Source of the DNA: Octopus vulgaris
Lineage: Eukaryota
Assembly (NCBI GenBank): GCA_951406725.2
Contig: OX597828.1
Location: forward strand, 4,464,001 to 4,528,000
DNA: 64,000 bases
Direction of reading: 5' to 3'
Shown here: piece by piece, positions 56,787 through 64,000 of the stretch
Numbering within the stretch: position 1 is the stretch's first letter
Layout of the letters: each line of letters opens with the position of its first letter
Position numbers and translations under genes: made by a program
The notes under the pieces: generated by a model
What the model was told of the DNA's origin: nothing
The model's input: only the letters and a program-made list of their open reading frames with translations
Databases searched by the model: none

Positions 56787-58077
56787 TGTCATAAATTACC
56801 TTTTTTTATTTGCAATGTGCATTTTCGATGATTTTTCATATTTTACCCTTACATTTCCACGTGTATTTTATATTTTCTTTTTGTAAAATATTTCTGCTAT
56901 ATATATATATATATATTTATATATATACTTATATATATATGCTGTGTGTGTGCGTGTCTAACGAGCTCTAATTCTACTGGAACTCATCTTCTTCCCTTTA
57001 ACTAAAAGCTTACACAGACATATGAATATATATGCATATAAGTGCGTGTGCGCGTGTCATTATATGAGTACGCATAGATTTGTGTGCACTTAGTCGTAAA
57101 CTATAAGTGTTCATTACAAGGATTAACTCCTAAGCATAAATAAATGAAAGTCCCTATAAATAAATACTTATTTAGAATATGTACAAGTATACATATTGAA
57201 GACAGTGTTTCACGAGTTGGCAGTAGTGAGTTATATTTTTTATGTTCAATTATAGTTTGTAGCATACAAATGATACAACCGATTAAATCCTTTCTATTCA
57301 TAAGTGTACAATTAAAAGAACATAATGAAGTGTGCATTAACCGTGCCTAACCTATGAGAAATAGAAATTCCTTTAAAGTTTTGTATATTTGTAGTGCGGA
57401 ATTTGTAAAATAATTCAAAGGGATAAAATGTTTTCTGTCGTATTTGACGGCAGATTTCTCTGCTGTATATGCCATCACGCAGTTATTTCCTAGAAGATTA
57501 AAGACGAACAATTTTACAGCTACATTTGAAAGTATTCTACAAGTGTTCGAAGTTGAAATTTTCTAAAACGATAGATTAGAAATTTCATTAAGTTTGTAGT
57601 TCTTTAAGCTAGGTTAGTATTTACTAATCGTATTATGTATCAATGACTTTTTTTTCTTACTTCAACGATATTTGATCTCTACTTTTTATATTCACAAATT
57701 TTCAGTTCGTAATATAAATGTTAGTCAAGTTTACCAGAGGTGACCTGTCACCCGTAAATAAGAGAAATTACGTTCATGTTTGTGAGGATAATAGCTATAC
57801 AAATTTGGCCATTAAATATCTGAAGAGCTTCTGAACATGTGTGAATAAGAGACCTGCACACAGACTCACAAGTGCTTGTGTACATATAGTTAATTTGTTG
57901 AGTAATTCAACTTCAAAAGACGAAAGAAAACATTTCCAAATAAAATGAGAACTACGACGAATTTAGGTTTGAAATCTAATCAAAGAAGCAAATAGAGTTT
58001 TAATAAAACATAAATACTTCGACTAAGTTATCCTGAAAACATCTATTTTTATGTTTAGGCCATAAGAGAATACACGC

Positions 58078-58120
<43 letters not shown>

Positions 58121-58130
58121 CACGCGCACG

Positions 58131-58170
<40 letters not shown>

Positions 58171-58179
58171 CACGTATAT

Positions 58180-58350
58180 ATTCTTTTACTTGTTTCAGTC
58201 ATTTCCCTGCGGTCATGTTGGAGCACCACCATTTTTTAGTCGAACAAATCGACACTAGGTCTGATTTCCTAAGCCTAGTGCTTATTCTATGCACATCATT
58301 TGCCGTATCGTTATGTTACGGGGATGTAAACACACCAACACCGGTTGCCA
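58180..58350 (-). mobile_element. SINE family 2, 3' part
   Basis: ttttacttgtttcagtcatt...ggagcacc...tacggggatgtaaacacaccaacaccggttg. Confidence 0.65.
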
Positions 58351-58459
58351 AAAGACAGACATACATGCATATATACATACGTATACAAACACAGACACAC
58401 ACACACACATATATATATACATATATATATATACATATATATATATATACATATATATA

Positions 58460-58821
<362 letters not shown>

Positions 58822-58824
58822 AAT

Positions 58825-58980
58825 TGTTGTGTGGTAAGAAAGAATCTTGATTCCTAATCGCATAGTTTCGGGTTCGGTGCAACTGGGTGCCACCTAAGAC
58901 AAATGTCTTCGACAACATCCTCGGCCCGATCAAAGTCTTATGAATAGATTTGGTAAACGGAAACTGAAAGAAGAGCGTCG

Positions 58981-59016
<36 letters not shown>

Positions 59017-59230
59017 CTCATTTATGTGTGTGTCTTTGTGTCAATGTTTGTCCCTCACCACTAATTGACAACTGATGGTGGTGTGTTTACGTCCCCGTAA
59101 TTTAGCGGCTCGACCGATAGATTAAGTACTAGGCCTACAAAGAATAAGTCCTGGGGTCGATTTCTTTAACTAAAACCCTTCAATGTTGGTGCTCCAGTAA
59201 GGCCGCAATGAAGTGATTGAAACAAGTAAC
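58825..59230 (+). mobile_element. SINE family 2
   Basis: tgtgtggtaag...ggaaactgaaagaag...gtttacgtccccgtaa...gaataagtcctggggtcga. Confidence 0.78.
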
Positions 59231-59231
59231 A

Positions 59232-59287
<56 letters not shown>

Positions 59288-59339
59288 CTGTGTGTGTGTG
59301 TGTATGTGTGTGTGTATGTGTGCGTGCGTGTGTGTGTGT

Positions 59340-59514
59340 AGTTCTAAACTTGAGAGATGATGAATTATGTATATTATTTATATTTGACGGATATTTGTCC
59401 TCATCTTTGTTCTTAACACAACGTTTCTGCTGTTGTACTTTCCAGCCTTCGCCAGGTGTGCCGGAGGAACTTCCGAACCCGTGTTCTCATTTCTAAGGTA
59501 TTTTCCGAAGTTAA

Positions 59515-59594
<80 letters not shown>

Positions 59595-59672
59595 TCACTG
59601 CCTGGAATCGAATTCTGAATCTTGGAGTTAGTAGTCCGCGCTCGTAACCACTACGCCATATGCCCGTGGGCA
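59340..59672 (-). mobile_element. tRNA-head/(AAT)n/hammerhead-tail short element, copy B
   Basis: Minus strand GGGCATATGGCGTAGTGGTTA...ATTCGATTCCAGGCAGTGACCTG, (AAT)n, tail with CACAC-CTGGCGA-AGGCTG...CAGCA-GAAACGTT-GTGT. Confidence 0.75.
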
Positions 59673-59863
59673 TATACATACATACACACAACAGACCACT
59701 TTGAATTTCCTTCTACCAAATCCATTTACGAGGCTATAGTAAAAACACGGGCCCTCGGTGCCACGCAGTGTGAACCCAGAACCAAGAGTTTGAAAAAGAA
59801 GCTTCTTACTACAGAGCCAAGACTGCACCTTTAAAAGTAAGGGACACTTCACGAATTTGTGTG

Positions 59864-59905
<42 letters not shown>

Positions 59906-59937
59906 TTATGTGTGTGTAGGTATGTATTATATGTATG

Positions 59938-59994
<57 letters not shown>

Positions 59995-60029
59995 GTGTGT
60001 GTAGGTATGTATTATATGTGTGTGTGAAC

Positions 60030-60550
60030 AGTATAACAGGAAAGGCTATAGGGCAAATATAAAGAAAAATGCTATTTAAGGGACAGTGTCATATGCAATA
60101 AAAAGATATAAAGTGCGTCGGAACACAAAATGCATGCAACAACATTACAGGGGAAATTCAAAATTTTGATACAGCCATTTGGACTGCATCCAAGGATAAT
60201 GTGGCCATTGCAAATGTATGAAATAGCCTCGAGTAGAATAGAAAGGATGGAACAAAGATGACCTGGTCTTCCAAGACCACTTAATACAACTGCACTATAT
60301 GGAAAACCCGAGCTGCAACTACCGATCACATCAAAACCGAAGAATATAAAGCAGGAAAGTGCAAGGACAATAATACATTATTTACATTATTTACATTCGA
60401 CGGATATTTGTCCTCATCTTGATGGTTGTCAACACAATGTTTCGGCTTATATACCCTCCACTTCTTTAGGTGTCTTGGGGAAATTTCGAACCTGGGTTCT
60501 CATTCATAAGTTATTTTTCGGTGTTGTTGTTGTTGTTGTTATTATTATTA

Positions 60551-60636
<86 letters not shown>

Positions 60637-60705
60637 GTCCAGGTCACTGCTTGGAATTGAACACAGAATTGGGGTTGGTAACCCGCGTTCATAACCACTA
60701 CGGGA

Positions 60706-60776
<71 letters not shown>

Positions 60777-62050
60777 TCGAAAAATACCTGAGGAATGAAA
60801 ATCTAGGTTCGAAATTTCCTCAAGACACTTGAAGAATGCTGGAGGATATATAAGCTGAAACGTTGTGTTAGCAACCAACAAGACGAGGACAAATATCCGT
60901 CGAATGTAAATAATGTACATAATTCCTCATCTCTTAAAAATAGAAGTGTATTAAGAACAATAATGATGCTATGTTATTCGAAAGATCAGAACACCTGAAA
61001 AAACCCTCCAAAGGTACGAACAGGGAGGAAATGGAAAGCAGAAGAGTCAGTAAAGAGGGTGATTGGAAATCTAAGGCACGGCAATATCGTCGGAGCGACG
61101 CAAAAAGCAGGAGCCGGTCTTGGGTAGCACAATTTCAAGTCATTTTGCATGAGCAGTGTAAAGGAGATGAAAGAGGCAGTGGTACACGAAGTGAGAGAAG
61201 AGGAAGAAGAAAGCGAAATGTACATTTGGTACAATGTAGTCAAAAGAACAGTGCTTGAGATGGGAGGAATATGTAGTCAGTTGCAGAATCTCATGGAAGG
61301 TACTTTGGGATTGGGAACAACCAAAGACATCCTTCCTGATCAAGTCTACCTTCGACGTTTTACCTTCATCGGCGAATTTAGTTCGGTGGAACATACAAAC
61401 AACTGATGAAGAGGGGAGAAAGCGACTTTGAGACATGTGTCAAACTGCAATCTAGTACTAGACAGATATACATGGAGTCACAATCAAGTACTCGGTGGCA
61501 TAAGCACAGCACTCAAGAAGATCAAAGATATAATAGGGGAGAATATCTGAAAGTAGAAAAGCGCGGAAAAATATATTTCCAGAAGGAAAGAAAATAACAT
61601 AAGGCCAGGCCTTCAAATAATATATACGAGACGGATGAAAGATGGAAGGGATACTGGGAGCTGGCCATAGTTTTGGAAAGACAGTTAATATTTCCACTCA
61701 TAAAAACAACAAAAAAGACAGCTTAATCCTATGGAACAGAGAAAGGAGAATTGGAATTTTGCTAGAGCTAACAGTGCCATTGGAAGAGAACATCGCTAAT
61801 GCATAGCAACGGAAGGAGAAGAGGTATGAAAAATTAATCGAAGTGTGTGGAGAACAGGGACGGACTGTCAAATATTACCACATGGCAGTGGGGCTAGAGG
61901 CTTCATTGAAAGGAAAATGACGATGTTATCTAAAAGGTTTGCATTTTCGAGCTCACAGCTGTGAAAAGTAATAAGGAGGATACAAGAGGCAGTCGAAAAG
62001 GCTATTTGACTGAAGCGAGAAGACCCCAAATGACTTGAAAGCCATAATAT
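60030..62050 (+). pseudogene. Decayed HERO-like RLE non-LTR element interrupted by an insertion
   Basis: WPLQMYEI and TALYGKPELQLPI lie before 60370. FLIKSTFDVLPSSANLVRW, DRYTWSHNQVL, LLELTVPLEENI and a VG.RGF-like motif lie after 60950. Confidence 0.75.
60375..60948. mobile_element. Inverted pair of tRNA-head/hammerhead-tail elements (copies C and D)
   Basis: 60375-60700 (minus, with partial tRNA head) is joined to 60710-60948 (plus, (AAT)n + tail with TTGAAGA...GAAACGTTGTGTT). Confidence 0.8.
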
Positions 62051-62103
62051 ACCGACTGGAAAACAGCGTCGCTAGGTGAGGCTGGCTGACACATAAGTAC
62101 CTA

Positions 62104-62260
62104 TTTCTTTACTACCCACAAGGGGCTAAACAGAGAGAGGACAAACAAGGACAGACAAACGAATTAAGTCGATTATATCGACCCCAGTGCATAATTGGTA
62201 CTTATTTAATCGACCCCGAAAGGATGAAAGGCAAAGTCGACCTCGGCGGAATTTGAACTC
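62104..62260 (-). mobile_element. SINE family 1, 5'-truncated
   Basis: Close match to 321-478. Confidence 0.85.
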
Positions 62261-62939
62261 ACCATCGCTGATTGACAGGTAGGCCAAGGTAGCGGTTTCG
62301 TTCATAGCGTCCCCTTCTCCTCGTTCAAAGGCTTGTACCACCAAGCAGCCGGTCTTCTCTGACTGCTGGAACTAAAACTAACACGACACTATTGGAAGAC
62401 AGGTTTAGAGAGGGCGCGGGCTAAAACTACGCGCCCTTCCCCTCCATTAGTCAGTTGAAGTTTATACAGTATCACGTGACAGTTAACTGGTGCTGGCTGC
62501 TGAAGTCTACCGGCTTTAAAGGGAAATTTGGCAGGATGGTCAGTCGCCCGCTGACGTTCGTTGACGCTGCATCGAAGAAACCAAAGAACAGAAGAAAAAG
62601 GAATAATGAAGAACGGCACTCAACAACACAGCTGAAGACACCTCCGAAAGTGGGGTCCCCGCCACGTTGAAAACAGTAGAGGAGCAGCGGCTGAAACAGG
62701 ACGTGGTTCCTCCTGATGATGTCTTTAACCACTGGACGTTTGGTGGTAGCGAACCACGAAACAACAAAAATTATATTTTGAAAAAAAAAAAAAGTTATTT
62801 GCATGTGAGTTTGCGAACACATCAACCAAAACTCGATCCAGTACACATGTATAAATAGCATGTCTGACTTAACATACTCATACAGATGTATGTATATATT
62901 TATTTATATACTGTACATAAACTTGTATGTAAATATATA

Positions 62940-63460
62940 CCGTAAATGCTCGAGTATAATCCGCATTTTTTCCCCAAAATGTAAAGGTCAAAATCCCTAG
63001 TGCGTACTATATACAAGGTTCAAAATGAAAAATATTTTCTAAGCAATGTCCAAGTCTCTATTTGCTGTCCGGCAATGTTTATTCAGACGTATTTTGAGGT
63101 GTCGGGCGCTAAGCCTTAAGCTAATCCTGAAACAATGAAATCATAAAAGAATCATCCATACCTTGCAGTAAGCAACATTTATTACAAAAAAAAGTAATGA
63201 GAACACAGAATAACATTTAACAAACACAATTTGCAAACATATTTACATTCCCATATAGCAGTTAAGAACATCACCATTATTGTATTACGCATGCGCAGAA
63301 GTGTTTGTTCGACTAGCTGCTGCTAGCTTAATTACACACACTACTCAAGTTAGAGAATGGGTGTGCATTATACACAAGGTTTAAGTTTTTCAGTAGTATA
63401 GCCCCTTAAATATCCCCTGCGTATTATACTCAAGGGCGGACTATACTCGAGGATTTGCGG
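62940..63460. mobile_element. Tc2/pogo-like non-autonomous DNA transposon (MITE)
   Basis: TA|CCGTAAATGCTCGAGTATAATCCGC ... GCGGACTATACTCGAGGATTTGCGG|TA. Imperfect TIRs of ~25 bp, with subterminal TGCGTACTATATACAAGG-like repeats at ~63001, 63363 and 63419. Confidence 0.85.
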
Positions 63461-64000
63461 TATGTATATACGTATATATATGTGAGTGTGTGTATATTAT
63501 ACATATATGAATATCATATGTCACCACATAGACATGCATATGTATGAGTATCTGTGCGCGCATCTATATAGTAATATATGAAATGTTTTCGTTCATCTCT
63601 CACTGTTTTCTTATGTGATACATTCTCATATTTGCTGTCACATGTTTTAATTGCCAATTTTGTGTCTTGTTTTGTATATATTTTGAACTTTAAATTGGGA
63701 AAACAGTAACAGAAACCCATTCAAAAACATAGTGTTGAATGTAATTCAGCGGTGAGGGCAAATGTGAAATGTCTAATCGAGCGTTAGAGCGTTAACTTTG
63801 ACGAAATTCAATAGCGTTAACTTTTTAAAAGAAGTACGCCTCTGGGTATTTACTTTATCAGTTTATTCTTCTGTGTTTTAGATATAGTACTACGTTGTAG
63901 TATGCGCATATCACTTATTTGTATTCGTCGCCAACTGCCCATCATTCCGTTTTGGTTTGGTTATTCGTTGAGCACTGGCAAGAAAAGATGGATCCATCTT

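Overview
AT-rich, microsatellite-saturated eukaryotic DNA with no supportable host protein-coding exon, so probably intergenic or a large intron. The tRNA-derived SINE families resemble those of Octopus, so a cephalopod origin is inferred. Most listed ORFs are (TA)n/(CA)n/(TATG)n/(AAT)n artefacts. Recognisable coding remnants are all decayed mobile elements: three Penelope-like elements (PLEs; RT + GIY-YIG), two R4/Dong-like and two HERO-like RLE non-LTR elements, two CR1-like pieces, a Tc1 transposon with IR/DR ends and a Tc2-like MITE. A 5S rRNA fragment is also present. The most notable signal is a set of non-coding elements carrying candidate ribozymes. These are (i) a partial tandem with a 353-nt period and two textbook type I hammerheads (retrozyme-like, 48.65-49.23 kb), (ii) a tRNA-headed SINE with a hammerhead tail, (iii) several families with variant hammerhead cores, often as inverted pairs, and (iv) two related, terminally redundant elements of about 0.8 kb sharing a covarying pseudoknot motif I cannot assign to a known RNA class. 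All structures were read by eye and boundaries are approximate.
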